The notes under the pieces were generated by a model. The model worked only from the letters and a program-made list of their open reading frames with translations, did no database searches and was not told the origin of the DNA. 64,000 bases of DNA. Origin: Octopus vulgaris (lineage: Eukaryota). The DNA is taken from contig OX597820.1 of the NCBI GenBank assembly GCA_951406725.2, positions 104,656,001-104,720,000 on the forward strand, given 5' to 3'. The translations under genes were made by a program, and so were the position numbers. Below are positions 29,294-43,394 of this stretch, one piece after another. Each line of letters starts with the position of its first letter. The stretch's first letter is position 1.

Positions 29294-31647
29294 GTTTCTT
29301 TATTGGCCACACAGGGCTGCACACAGATGGGACAAATTACAAGGTAGAGCTTTTCTTTTGGGGGATAAAAAAAAGGTGGCGTAGGTTTTCGATCAAAAGG
29401 GATCGTAAAAGGGAAAAAAGAAAAAAAGGAAAAAGAAAAAGAAACAAAAGAAAAGAAAAAAGAAAAAAGAAGAAAAAAGAGGAAAAAAGGGGAAGAGGAA
29501 AATAGGGATCGTGTATCACAGTGTCATGATGTACGGTGTAAAGGGGGAAGCAGATAAGGTTTATCCGTGGGAAGAAAAGCCTACGAAAAAGACCACGGTA
29601 ACCTCGGTCAATATTGTTATATGTTACCACATTTGTTTGCAAGTGGGTAACCCTCTGTTTTCAATTTCTGGGTTCATACGATTATGCTCAAGGTGGCTTC
29701 GTCATTCATACGTGCCATCCTTGCTACATTCACCCATCTTTTTTTAAAACATTCGCTAGACAAAACTTGCCTCTCTACTCTCACTTTCCTTTTCAAGTGG
29801 TACTTGAAGAAGTTGATGAGAGATTGACCAGAGAGGAAAGTGTTTGTCTCCAATCCTTTCAGACGCGTCCACCAGATACATTCTTTCGCCATAGCCACAA
29901 GGATGATGAAAATAACTCTTCCTTCCCGTTTGAAGGAAGGAGGCGTGACAATATTGACGATAGACTCAGCTGATAAACCGACTCGTCCCACACGTGACAG
30001 CAGTTGTTCGACATAAGCCCACAGGTCGGAAATTGTTGGACACTGCACGAGTGCGTGCAGAGCGGTTTCGTCGCTCTGACCACATCTCGGGCAGGTCGGC
30101 CCCGTGTTTCTCGAGCCGTGTCTGTAGAGCTTATCCGGAACGGGTAGCGCTTCTCGGTAGCACTGCCAGGCCTGGGATCTCTGGAAGTTGTCCATGGGCC
30201 CTGGCCCGAAAGTCGTCCCGAACAGGCGGGTCAGGTATTCCACGTCGACGTCCAGGTTCGCCCCGAGCTCGTCGTCGTACCTCCCCTCCACTAATCCCCT
30301 ATAGAATGCTTGGGTTGTGATGGAGTCACTCAAGGTCGAGAGCAACGCGACACTCGCGGTGCCATTCGCCCTTCCTCGGCCTCTTTTTGATCCACGACTG
30401 CAGTTCGGTCATGGAGACGAGCTGCGGGAAAGCGTGCCTCACAAACGGCGACCACACCTGTTCACCTCACAAACGGCGACCACACCTGTTCACAGCCTGA
30501 GACGTCGCAGTCTCAGCGCGTATCTGCGCATCATCAACCACGGCATGCCCAGTCCTTTTAACGGGTGTTGACAGCAAATGGATCGCCTGACCATCGGGAC
30601 GCATCCTTTCCACAAGAAGCGAAAAAGAATGCGTTCTAGTTTGGTGATGGTAGGGTCGGGACAAGGCACGACGGTCAGGCGGTAGTAGATGACGGACGCG
30701 ATGTACGTGTTTGCCACCCCCGCCCGACCTTTTAGGGACAGTTTCATCTCGGCCCATTGCCGGGCGAGAGTGACCACCTTACTCGTTATCTCGTTCCAGT
30801 TCTTCTCCATTTGGCGGTCCGGACCGAACCAGACCCCGAGCAACTCGACCGGACCGTCGGTCCAGCGTCCCACAACGGAGGCGCTGGTGGACGGCATGGG
30901 CTTGCTTCTCCAGGTGTCGAGTCGCAAGCCCACTGACTTTTCCCAGTTGATTTTCGCTCCTGTCACCGCTTCGTAATTTTTCAGTGTCTCGCTGACCTGC
31001 TCGATGTGCTCGTGGCTAGACACTATGACGGTGACGTCGTCCGCGTATGCAGACACGCTCATCCCGCATCCCAGTTCTCGCGGGATGCCCCTCAGAGTTG
31101 CCAGCTTCCGCAATAATGGCTCGAGAGTCAATACGTAGAGAAGCGACGATGGGCATCCCTGACGGACCGAACGTGTAATGTCGATAGATGTCCATTTACG
31201 CAAATTACCGAACGGATGCCTCTGTACAAAGCGGCTATCCAGCCGCGGAAAACGGGATCGAAGCCAGCCGCTCTGAGGACAGCCTCCAAGTATCGATGGT
31301 CTACCCTACCGAAAGCTTTCGATTGATCCAAATTGATCAGCGCCGCACCCATGCCAGGTTCGTTAACTACCCTGTCTATGATGTAGGGCATCAGGTGGAG
31401 GTTGCCATGGATGGTCCGGTCCGGCACGGCGCATGACCAGTTTCTCGATGACAAGCGCCAACCTCTTACCTAACACCTTGGCCAAAATTTTCAAGTCTGC
31501 ATTAAGCAGAATGATGGGCCTAAAGTTATCTATTACATTCCACTTGTTTAGATCTTTCTTCAGCAGTGTTACGGCTCCTCGGCTCACAAAACCAGGAATG
31601 CTCCCGTTTTGCTGCCAGTTGCAGTACACCGCTGCCAAGACGTCTCC

Positions 31648-31652
<5 letters not shown>
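29293..31652 (-). mobile_element. 5'-truncated L1/Tx1-type LINE (RT plus C-terminal CCHC) in (GATA)n
   Basis: [58 protein letters not shown]; frameshifted; (GATA)n on both sides. Confidence 0.9.
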
Positions 31653-31743
<91 letters not shown>

Positions 31744-31794
31744 GGGTTTGAGTGTATGGATGGATGGATGGGTGGGTTTTTTGTGGGTGGGTGG

Positions 31795-31864
<70 letters not shown>

Positions 31865-32708
31865 CAGGCAGATAGACATATTTCGATCAGGTGGTCGTAG
31901 CTACTCGCCATATGAGAGAGCTCAAGAATCAAGTGAAACTCTGTGTGTGTCTGTGCGCGCGCTATATTTTACTATTCACATATGTTGTCCATGTATAAAT
32001 CATCTAGCATTTGGTGAATCCTATACAAATTATTTACCGAGTGCTTTTCTAATTGGTTTTCTTTTCTGTTGTACTATAGAATATACACCAAGGACTTCTA
32101 CTTGTAGATGCATAGTTAGACGATGTGAAGTTGAGGTACTTGTCTGTTCAATGTAGCTATTGTAAGCAAATGTTTTAAAAGTGGAGAGATGGCTATTTTA
32201 GTGCAATTTAAAACTGGTTTATATTTTAACTCATTCGCTGTTAAAGATATGCGTGTGTATAACTATCTGTGTGTATACATACATATATATGTACATACAT
32301 ACATACATACATACATACATACATACATACATACATGGTTGGTTGAGTGAGTGGGTGTTTGGCTGGGTGGGTGTATGGTTTGGTTAGTTGTTTGGTTGGT
32401 TGTGTTGGTTGGTTGTGTTCGGATGGTTTTGTTGATTGATTGATTACTCCAGTTGTGCTTTACATCAAATAGAGAGAAGGGGGAGTATAAAAGAGAGATA
32501 CAGTGAGTTAGCATAAGAGGTGCAAATTGAGAGCACGCACTGGGTTTGGTGACAGGCAATGAGTAAAAGACCGCTACGCATGCACACTGTGAAAAGAATC
32601 CTTGAGGCAAAGGAGGAGGAACAGGAGGAGGGGGAGGAGGAGGACGAGGATGACGGCGACGACGACGAGGAAAGAAATGACAGAGTAATTATGTGAGGAG
32701 TTATACAA

Positions 32709-33124
32709 GGCGCAGGAGTGGCTGTGTGGTAAGTAGCTTGCCTACCAACCACATGGTTCCGGGTTCAGTCCCACTGCGTGGCATCTTGGGCAAGTGTCTT
32801 CTGCTATAGCCTCGGGCCGACCAATGCCTTGTGAGTGGATTTGGTAGACGGAAACTGAAAGAAGCCCGTCGTATTTATGTATATATATGTATGTATGTAT
32901 ATGTTTGTGTGTCTGTGTTTGTCTCTCTAGCATTGCTTGACAACCGATGCTGGTGTGTTTACGTCGCCGTAACTTAGCGGTTCGGCAAAAGAGACCGATA
33001 GAATAAATACTGGGCTGACAAAGAATAAGTCCTGGGGTCGATTTGCTCGACTAAAGGCAGTGCTCCAGCATGGCCGCAGTCAAATGACTGAAACAAGTAA
33101 AAGAGTAAAAGAGTAAAGAGTAAG
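32709..33124 (+). mobile_element. Abundant tRNA-derived SINE, full-length copy
   Basis: tRNA-like head with GGTTCAGTCCC B box and tail repeats (GTAAAAGA)n. Further copies or fragments at ~25320-25830, 28585-28790, 42343-42680, 48063-48501(-), 50790-51100(-), 53125-53457(-), 55069-55231, 55348-55744(-) and 56190-56360. Confidence 0.85.
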
Positions 33125-34509
33125 TAAGAATTTCGTTTATTTAATTTTATTGAAAAGTAATAAATATTTTTCTTTTGAAAATTAGCATTCATTTCATCAT
33201 TTCGTAAAAGCACTAAGAAATTATAAATAGCGATTTCAAATTTTAGCACAAGGCCAACAATTTCAGAGGAGTGAGCAAGTCGATTATATTGACCCCAGTG
33301 CTTAACTGGTACTTATTTTTCTGACCCTCGAAAGGATGAAAGGCTAAGTCCACCCCGGCGGCATTTAAACTCGGAACGTAAAGTCGGAAGAAATACCACT
33401 AATCATTTTTGCCAACGCAGTAACGATTCTGCTAGCACGCCACCCTAGATATTATAATTATTGCTAGATTATAACTATCGTTGAATTATAATCACAATTA
33501 AGCTATAATTATTGTATGTGTACCATATTTACTGATATTTGTCGATTCCATAGTGTTGCTGCTTTTTAACCATTCTGACATTAAACTGTGCGAGACCGCC
33601 TGTAATTCTGATATAAACTTTTTGTTTTTAAATCTTCCATTAAACTTTCATGCTAGTTTATATTCATGACACCGGCTTAATAATAATAACAAGTTATTTT
33701 ACGAAATTAGTCATTATTTTGAAAATATAAGTGTTAAAGCGGTAAATTACATCGACACCTACCGCTGCTCTATGACTGTATATTACCAATAGCGCACAAA
33801 AGCAAACAAGATCTGCCCAATTAATAACATATTAATACAAGGTCACAGCTTGTAGTAAAGGAGACCAGTTTATTCAATGGTGGTGCAAACAGGAAAAATA
33901 GAACTCAAAATATGAGTATATTTATATTTTTATTAATATTTAGCAGATGTAACAGAGTGATTCAAGGTCCGAGAGTTTCGTGTGTTGATAAGTGTCACTG
34001 CAAGAAACTCTCTGACCTTGACTCATTTTGCTACATCTGCTAAATATCAATATTTACACACACATACACACCACACACACGCAGACACACACACGCACAG
34101 ACACAAACACACACACACGCACACACACGCACACACACACATATATATATATATTCACGCGCGCGCGTGCATATATTTCTGTACGTGAGTACATGTATAT
34201 ATACATAGTTTCAACTATTAGTTCTAATTGCTGTTTGGATATGCACTTTTGTATATACATCTGCATAGGCTTTCTCATTGGTAATGCTTTTCCCCATATA
34301 TATGGATAAATGTAATTCTTTTCCCAAATAAATTGCACTTCGTATACGAAGTTGAGTGTAGCTATAAGATGTTACTCAGGCACTCAGCTATGAGTCCACT
34401 GCATTTCATAGCAGTAACAGCTGTAAGCTAATGAAGTTCATAAGATTTATTCCTTCATCATCTCATTTTCATATATATACATGCACACATGATTATACAT
34501 ATACATATA

Positions 34510-34556
<47 letters not shown>

Positions 34557-34565
34557 GGGGGGTGC

Positions 34566-34608
<43 letters not shown>

Positions 34609-34791
34609 AAGTCATAAATGACAGAGAAATGGTTTGATGAAAGTTTATTTAGCAAAAAGAAGATTCAATATCACGACCAATTGTTCCGTAACTTAAAAAC
34701 ATGTCAATAATATATATTATTATGTTTAATAATAAATAAATTACATGCCTGCATTAATGCAAAATGCAAAAAAAACTTTCAAATAACACAC

Positions 34792-34878
<87 letters not shown>

Positions 34879-35382
34879 ACATAGCTGCTTGACAACCGGC
34901 GTTGGTTTGTTTACGTCTCTATGACATTAGTGGTTTGGTAAAAGAAACCAAGAAAATAAGTGCCAGCCTTAAAAATAAGTACTGGAGTTGATTCATTCGG
35001 TTAAAATCTTGCAAGTCTCGCAGTCTAATTTACTGAAAAAAGAAAAGAAAAGATAAACAACGAAAAATATTTATTCACATCGACTACATTTGCGCAATTG
35101 TTTTAGGAGGCTGTGAATACGTTCGTGTTATATTAACACCAATATCTTGAAATATTTTACTTGTTTGATATAACAATTTCCGAACACCAGTATCGTGTCA
35201 TTGGTGACAGTGCAATAACTGGTTCACTGTATTTCTAACGGTGATGGTGACAGTGAATTACCTGTAAGGTGCTACAAAACAAATATCTCAGGGGACATGA
35301 TTAGCAAAGCATTCACGCTCCTTCTTTCACGCACCGATCTTTATAGCCGTTATACTGATGCACACGGGCGTATATATATATA

Positions 35383-37490
35383 CAGTAGACCCCGCTTTAT
35401 AAATCCATCTTTGAACCGCCTATTTTGGATTTATTAACCGAGGGAACAAAATTTGCCAATTGATTAAATATGAGTACCGTAAATCCTCGAGTATAGTCCA
35501 CCCTGGAGTATAATACGCAGGGGATTTTTAGGATGCTGTACCTCTGAAGAACCTAAACCTTGTGTATAATACCTTCTCTAACTTGAGTCAAGGAGGTCTA
35601 TATACCGTCCTTGTTTTGTAAAAATGTATACGGTAACGTCCTTTATTATTATTGTATATATAACATAATGTAAACGTGTAGCTTTTTTGTGCATTTTGTT
35701 TGCAGAAAATAAAGAAATAACAGTAATAATGTTTGATAAATGTTGCTTACTGCATCTTATGGATGATTCTTTTATGACTTCATTGCTTTCAGGCTTAGCT
35801 TAAGGTATTTTCGCGCCCGACATAACAAAATGCGTCTGATTAAACATTGCCGGACAGCGAATAGAGACCCGGACATTGCTTAGAAAATGATTTTCATTTT
35901 TAACCTCATATATAATACACGCTAGGGATTTTGACCTTTAAATTTTAGGGAGAAAAATGCGGATTATACTCGACGATTTACGGTATTTATTAAAATACCT
36001 AGATATGCGAATAAACGAATAAAAACATTATAAACATTGTCATTGAATGAAAAATTTGTCGAGTGTTGTTTGCTTTGCTGGACGCTTTGTTCGCAACTCT
36101 GCATTGATTTTTTTCCTTAAGAGTTCTAAAAAGATTCATGCCGCTAAAATCCAAACTTTCAAGGCCACTTTCTAATCGAGTGGAATAGTGTTTCATTTCA
36201 GGCTCCAGAACTCTTTCATCAACATCAACGTCGGAATCACCATCTTCATCTCCTTCGATTTCTTTCACAGGTTGCCGAATGTCATGAATCATCTCGTCTA
36301 GTTTTTCTTCTCCAATGATGCTCTCTGGAGCAAAAACAGCACTATCATCCACAGACAACCAGTTCTCGAACTGGATTTTGGTCATTCCAGTAGGCGGTTA
36401 AGGCAGGATCAAATCTTTGTTAACATTTATGGCTTCATTTGATTATTCGGCCGAAACAAAACCAGGTTTGGTCCAATAATGTTTGATTGTCTGGCTAGAG
36501 AACTTCTTCCAAGCTACGCTTAACATGTATATGGCATGCAAAATGGTGATCCGCTTTGCAAATTCTTGAGTAAAATTGTCACGTTCAGTGTCTTCCATAA
36601 CATCATTGATCTCGCGCATTTCATGTCTGAAGAAGGCTTTTAAGGTCTTGATTATCCCAATGTCACAGGGCTGCAGCACCGACGTTGTTAGCAGGAAGAA
36701 ATTTTAAAGTGATATTCTTGAGATCATCGATGACTACATGAGAAAAGCAATTGTCAAGTAGGACCACCACTTATCATCCAGATTCCTGCAAACGACGATC
36801 CCAAGATCTGAGCCATCTTCCATAGATTTTTTCTGTCATCCAAGCATTGGTTGAAAAGTTGTACTGAATCGGAAGCGTTTTGACATTTTTGAAGCATCTT
36901 TCCGATTAAGAGCAACTCTTATTTTGTCTCCATTCATGTTGCAGGCTACCATGAAGGTCTCACGGTCCTTTGCCGTCTTAAAGCCCCTCACAGTTTACTT
37001 GTAACTCTCGTTGACATTTGTATTCCCTGGTGATGCACGAAAGTAGATCCCAGTTTCATCGGCTTTCTAAATGTTCTGTGGCTGATATGATTTCAACAGA
37101 AGCTGCATGGTTGTCTCACGAAATTGATGGTTTCCATCAACGTCAGCCTCAGCTGCATCACCTGTAATGTATGAAATGTTTAGTTTATGTTCTCTAAAGA
37201 GAAAAATGTGAACTAGTGAACCACAAGCTTACCTTTTAGACGTGTAAAAAATATTCCATATCATTTTTGCCAATGGTAAAACCAACCTTCGGATGCCTTA
37301 AAATCGTGTCCAGTTGCTTCACAAATAGTGTTAGCTTTGTGCATTAGGATCGAGCCGTTGACGGGGACGTTTCTCGAGCGAATAAATTGAAACCAATCGA
37401 GAGAGCACGGTCTATTTATTGGTACTTTCCTTCTAGTTGACGCTTTCTCTTTGGTGAATAGCCATCGTGTTCTTTGGGACGAAAGTCATC
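35383..37490 (-). mobile_element. pogo/Tigger-family transposon remnant with CENP-B/DDE transposase pseudogene
   Basis: TA|CAGTAGACCCCGC terminus at 35383; motifs FKASEGWF, ADETGIYFR, AWMT, LDNCFSH and LQPCDIGIIKTLKAFFR on minus. Confidence 0.8.
35477..35983. mobile_element. pogo-type MITE nested in the Tigger element
   Basis: TA TSD; TIRs CCGTAAATCCTCGAGTATAGTCC / GGATTATACTCGACGATTTACGG. Confidence 0.85.
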
Positions 37491-39198
37491 CTCATATATA
37501 TATATATATACTAGCATTAGTGTTAGTGCATGTATATATGTGTATATATATGTGTACATATTACATGTGCATCTATATATATACATCTACACATAAAATA
37601 CAAAATACAAAGTTATATCTTGATATCGCTAGTGATAACAATACTCAAAATATATAACAGGCTGGAATTGTAGGCCCGTCTCTTGCAATTTCGATCAATT
37701 GTATCTTGTCCTCCCTCTTGTATAGAAGAGTAGCTACAATCCAGCCTACCTCTACTTCTGGGGGGGGGGGGCACTTTAAATTTTTATCCGGGACGTCCTA
37801 CGTCCCAGATATAAAGATAAAAATAAAATATTTCCACTTTGCCAGGTTCGAGTCGAACCTTGCTTCTATTGACTCGAACCTTGCTTCTATTGTGGCGAAT
37901 TTACCGCCTCTGGTTAGATATCTTTCATAGTCGCACCAAGACACTTTTCGATGGTGCTTTCCTCCAGGTGTTCAAATCTTTTTTTTTTTCTCTACATTGT
38001 ATACTTTATAGACAATAGTCTTTTCTTTAATTATAGTTTTTATTTCGTTTGGTGGTGTTATCCTAGATTCATCGTCTTTGTTGGTGATCAATCCGAAATA
38101 GGTTTGTATTTCTTCCATTTTAATTTTAATGAGTTCGCGCCCGCCGACGGCTGCAGCGAAATTCATTTTTGGACTTTCGAAGGTATTTTAACAAAAATGC
38201 TTCTGTATAAACGGTGAAAATATTGTCGATTTCCCCAAACAGGGACACAATTCAATTTTTAAACAATAGCCAAAGCTCCTTCTCCTAAAGGGGGAGGGTT
38301 ACAGTTTACAATTATTTAACAAATGCAACACAACAACGTTTCCCTTACGAGGAATCAACAAACGTGATAACAATAGTTAAACAGTAATAATAATAACAAC
38401 AAACCTTACGGTGAATCAAAAAGCAGTACGCAGTTGAAGCTATAGTCTTTTATGTATGATAAATAAACCAACAGCAGTACTCAGTAGAAGCGGCTGTTCG
38501 AGAAAACAGACATTACATACAGCCAAACTTCATATAGATACTTAATGCTAGCTAATTAGCAGATAATCTAATGTAAAAGCCGTGGTAAAAGGTATGTGCA
38601 CAGCTCCATCTGGACTATTCCATTTCTGCACACTAATTTTATTTTCAATTTATTCCCATTCATGTGAAACCACTTATTCAAGTTCGAGTCATTGATGCAA
38701 TTTTATACCAATTGCTATTTTTACTTTTAATTGTTATGTTACGATTTAATTTAGTTTGACTTTAATTATTACTTACTACATATAATTCAATTGTTATTAT
38801 TATCTCTAATTTTTATTGTTAAAGTGAAAGTATCTGATATAAAATAGAGAAATGTTTTTGTTTCACTTTTAACACGTAATACTGAAATAGTGGAGAAGAT
38901 ATGATATTGCTATGGGCTCGCCCTAGACAAGAAGTTGAACATTTTTTTGCTCATGAAACTACATGGACCCTAAGTAAGGCATGTGTAAAATTTGAATGAA
39001 ATTGGTTGTGTAGTTCTCAAGTTTTAGGGAATCAGAGTGGAGAAGATATGATATTGCTGTGGGCTCGCCCTAGGCAAAAATTTCAAATTTATTGCCGATG
39101 ACACTCCCCGGACCCTAAGTAAGGCATGTATAAAATTAGTTGTGTAGTTCGCAAGTTTTAGTGAAACACACAGACAGACAGACAGACACACATTCTCA

Positions 39199-39244
<46 letters not shown>

Positions 39245-39347
39245 CAAAATAAGCAACAAGAATATCTTCGGGAATTTGATACGATCGTTTCACGCTACAT
39301 CATTTTATTAGATATTGTAAGTATTACATATATATAATGTATGTATG

Positions 39348-39418
<71 letters not shown>

Positions 39419-39444
39419 CTATATCTATATCTATATCTATATCT

Positions 39445-39502
<58 letters not shown>

Positions 39503-39506
<4 letters not shown>

Positions 39507-39673
39507 CGCCATACTAATATGGCAGTCTAAATATAAGACAAAAGCTGTCGCTGATTAGCTCCAAGAGGCCACCGCCTCTAGCTAGCTATATGACACACGA
39601 ACCTGCGTCCATTGGAGCTAATCAGCGACAGCTTTTGTCTTATATTTAGACTGCCATATTAGTATGGCGATAA
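39503..39673. repeat. Perfect 62-bp inverted repeat with 47-bp spacer
   Basis: 39503-39564 is the reverse complement of 39612-39673. Confidence 0.9.
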
Positions 39674-39739
39674 CTATTAATATCCAGTAACGCTGCCGTA
39701 ATCTCCTTTAGAGAGACTTAGTAATTTTAATATTTCTAT

Positions 39740-39798
<59 letters not shown>

Positions 39799-39802
<4 letters not shown>

Positions 39803-39868
39803 CAGAGATACCCGGCGTTGCCCGGTTACATTCAATTGAAGAATTAGACTTTTCTGTTATATATATGG

Positions 39869-39932
<64 letters not shown>

Positions 39933-40700
39933 GTATATTAATATAAATACATGAAAGTAAATGAAGTTTGTTAAAAAAAATGGGATCATGTATATACCTC
40001 CTGGCTGTTGAGATTATAACACCTCGTTGCAAACACTGTGCCTTGTTTTTCCTTGTGGAGCATATACAAAAAGGTTTCTTTTGGTTCCTACCCTTGAGCA
40101 GACAACATACAGTTGCCCATGCGAGAAGCAGGGCTCTTCCAAGAGAAGACCAGCTAAAGAGAGGGTTTGACCCTGAGATTTGTTAATGGACATGGCAAAG
40201 CTGACACGAAGGGGGAATTGCAGTCTTCTGAATGTAAATGGAATTTCTGCTCCTGATGGAGTAAGAGGAAATCTTGGAATAAAGACGTCATCACCTTTTC
40301 CATATTCAGAAAGAATGATCGCCTCGATAACGTGTGACATCATTTTCTTTATCACCAGCCGTGTTCCATTGCAAAGTCTTGGTGATTCAAGATTGCGGAG
40401 TAGCATTACAGGAGTTCCAACTTTAAGTACTAATATGTGTGGAGGTAGTCCAGGAGGCTCCAGTGAATTGAGAAATTCAAGAGGATAGTTCACAACTTCA
40501 TTTATATCTGGAATTGTATCAAGAGACTTGTAAGTGTGTATAGTGCCTGGAAGAGAATGCATTAGCTGTTGATTAATTTTGTTAACAGCGACGTATTTTG
40601 GAGCTAATATTGCTCTTTCACACAGCCAATTGTGATTTTGGTAGTTTTGTGAAGTTGGGAAAGACTTTGTTTTTGAGGTCATCTACAGAATTAACAACAG
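39799..40700 (-). mobile_element. Helitron 3' fragment (PIF1-type helicase C-terminus)
   Basis: ORF 40014-40682 has ERAILAP, PVMLLRNL..LCNGTRL, RLQFPLRVSFAMSINKSQGQ and FSHGQLYV; GC-rich Helitron-like terminal motif CCGGGCAACGCCGGGTATCTCTGCTA at ~39824-39799. Confidence 0.85.
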
Positions 40701-40763
40701 AGGAAGTTGGTTCATCTGGGACACTTGACAGTAAGAGGTCCAGTTTCATTATATATATATATA

Positions 40764-40858
<95 letters not shown>

Positions 40859-41595
40859 AACGAGTAAAATAACAATTAAAAGAAAATAGTGCTCAACCAA
40901 TTTGATAAGAGTTGCATATATACTTTTAATAACCGCTTAACTCATTCCCACATGACTTGAAATCATGTGACTGTCGAACACGTCCATGTCATCAGATAAT
41001 AGTAGCAGAGTCAGATACTTCCAGCGTGTCCTAACATGTCCTACACACCCACAACAATTTAAGTCATGTGGAAATGAGTCAACTTATTATTATCTGTATG
41101 TATGTATGTATGTATATTTGAAGGGGTTTTTTTCGGTCCTGCACGGTATCCAACGAAAACTACCCTGCTCATCAAGTTGGCTTAGTAGAGCTGCCACTTT
41201 AGTCACCGACGTCCCAACTATGCGATAGGTTGTACTGGTTACACGTTACCAGCAACACTAAGAGTGACCTGGCAAAGAACGGGTGAACTCAGTAGAGTTA
41301 TCGACCATCCAACAGTTAGGAAAAAGAGAGTCCTGACTCATGGGAGTGAAGGACCCCTTGTTCCCATTATAACTTCCTTCCAGAAGGAGGTGAACTCGTA
41401 TAAAAGAAAATTGAAAGTGCGGTTGGTCTCTGGTCATCTCGTCTTCTGTTTTTCCCATGGTGTTATAGCTGAATGACAGTGAAAATTGGATTCACTTATG
41501 CGCAATACTTAATCCATTCATAGCAAATTCATACACAAGATACATACATAAATACATACATACAAACATACATACATATAAATATATATGTATAG

Positions 41596-41673
<78 letters not shown>

Positions 41674-41997
41674 CTGGACCTCTTACTGTCAAGTGTCTCA
41701 GATGAACCAACTTCGCAGCAGGATGTGCAGATGAGAGCAGCGGCATCAAACTCCCTCATGCACCAAGTGTCAATTCCTAAAAAGCATTCATGAAGTAATT
41801 ATGTAGCAACACCAAATGGCGGTGCCCCAGCATGGCCACAGATCATGAGCTGAAACTAGATCAAATCAAGTCAAATCAGATATACATATATATTTGCATA
41901 TATATGTATATGTATACATATGTTTGTATGTATGTATGTATGTATGTATGTATATATGTATGTAATGCTTGTATGCATGTGTGTATGCATGTATGTG

Positions 41998-42031
<34 letters not shown>

Positions 42032-42094
42032 TGTATGTATGTATGTATGTATGTATATATGTATGTATGTATGTATGTGTGTATGTATGTATGC

Positions 42095-42127
<33 letters not shown>

Positions 42128-42235
42128 TGTATGTATGTATGTATGTATGTATGTTTGTATGTATGTATGTATGTATTATGTATGCATGTATGTGTATATA
42201 TGTATGTATGTATGTATGTGTGTATGTATGTATGC

Positions 42236-42268
<33 letters not shown>

Positions 42269-42778
42269 TGTATGTTTGTATGTATGTATGTATGTATGTA
42301 TGTATGTATGTATGTATGTATGTATGTATGTATGTATTATAGAGGCGCAGGCGTAGCTGTGTGGTAAGAAGTTTGTTTTCCAATCTTGTGAGGGATTTGG
42401 ATAGATAGAAACCAAAAGAAACCCGTCGTATATATATATATATATATATATACCTATGTGTGTATGTTTTTGTGTCTGTGTTTGTCCCCCTCAACATCAC
42501 TAACTGGTGTTAGTGTGTTTACGTCCCCTTAATTTAGCGGTTCTGCAAAAGAGACGGCTAGAATAAGTCCCAGGCTTAGAAAAAAATAAGTACTGAATTC
42601 GATTCATTCGGTAAAAAAAAATTCTCAAGGAGGTGCCCCAGCATGACCGCAATCTAATGACTGAAGGAAGAAGATAAAATATACTGCACACTTATATGCG
42701 TGTGAGTGTGTGTGTATGTATGTATGTATATATTTATATATATATATATATGTGTGTGTGTGTGCGTATACATATATG

Positions 42779-42874
<96 letters not shown>

Positions 42875-42887
42875 CATATATATATAC

Positions 42888-42935
<48 letters not shown>

Positions 42936-43043
42936 CACACACATTACGCGTATATATAAGTATATACAAATATACTTGTGTATTTATAATTCTACCTTTT
43001 ATGGTTCTTTATTCTTGGTGGATAGTAATATTTTGTTCAATAA

Positions 43044-43111
<68 letters not shown>

Positions 43112-43394
43112 AGAGATATAAATATTATGGAAAAATATTACTATCCACCAAGAATAAAGAACCATAAAAGGTAGAATTATAAATACAGATCGAATGTACA
43201 CGAAGTATGATCATTGCTAGAATAGCAGCCAGTACGTTTTGGGCGCTATGTAGAGCTTCATTGAATGTTTACAGGCAGAGATGTTTGCGGGCGGTGAATA
43301 TAGGAAACTCTACATAGCGCCGATCACTTACCGGCTTCTATTTCTAGCAATGATCGTACTTCGTACATTCGCTTTGTATTTATTTGCATATAAA

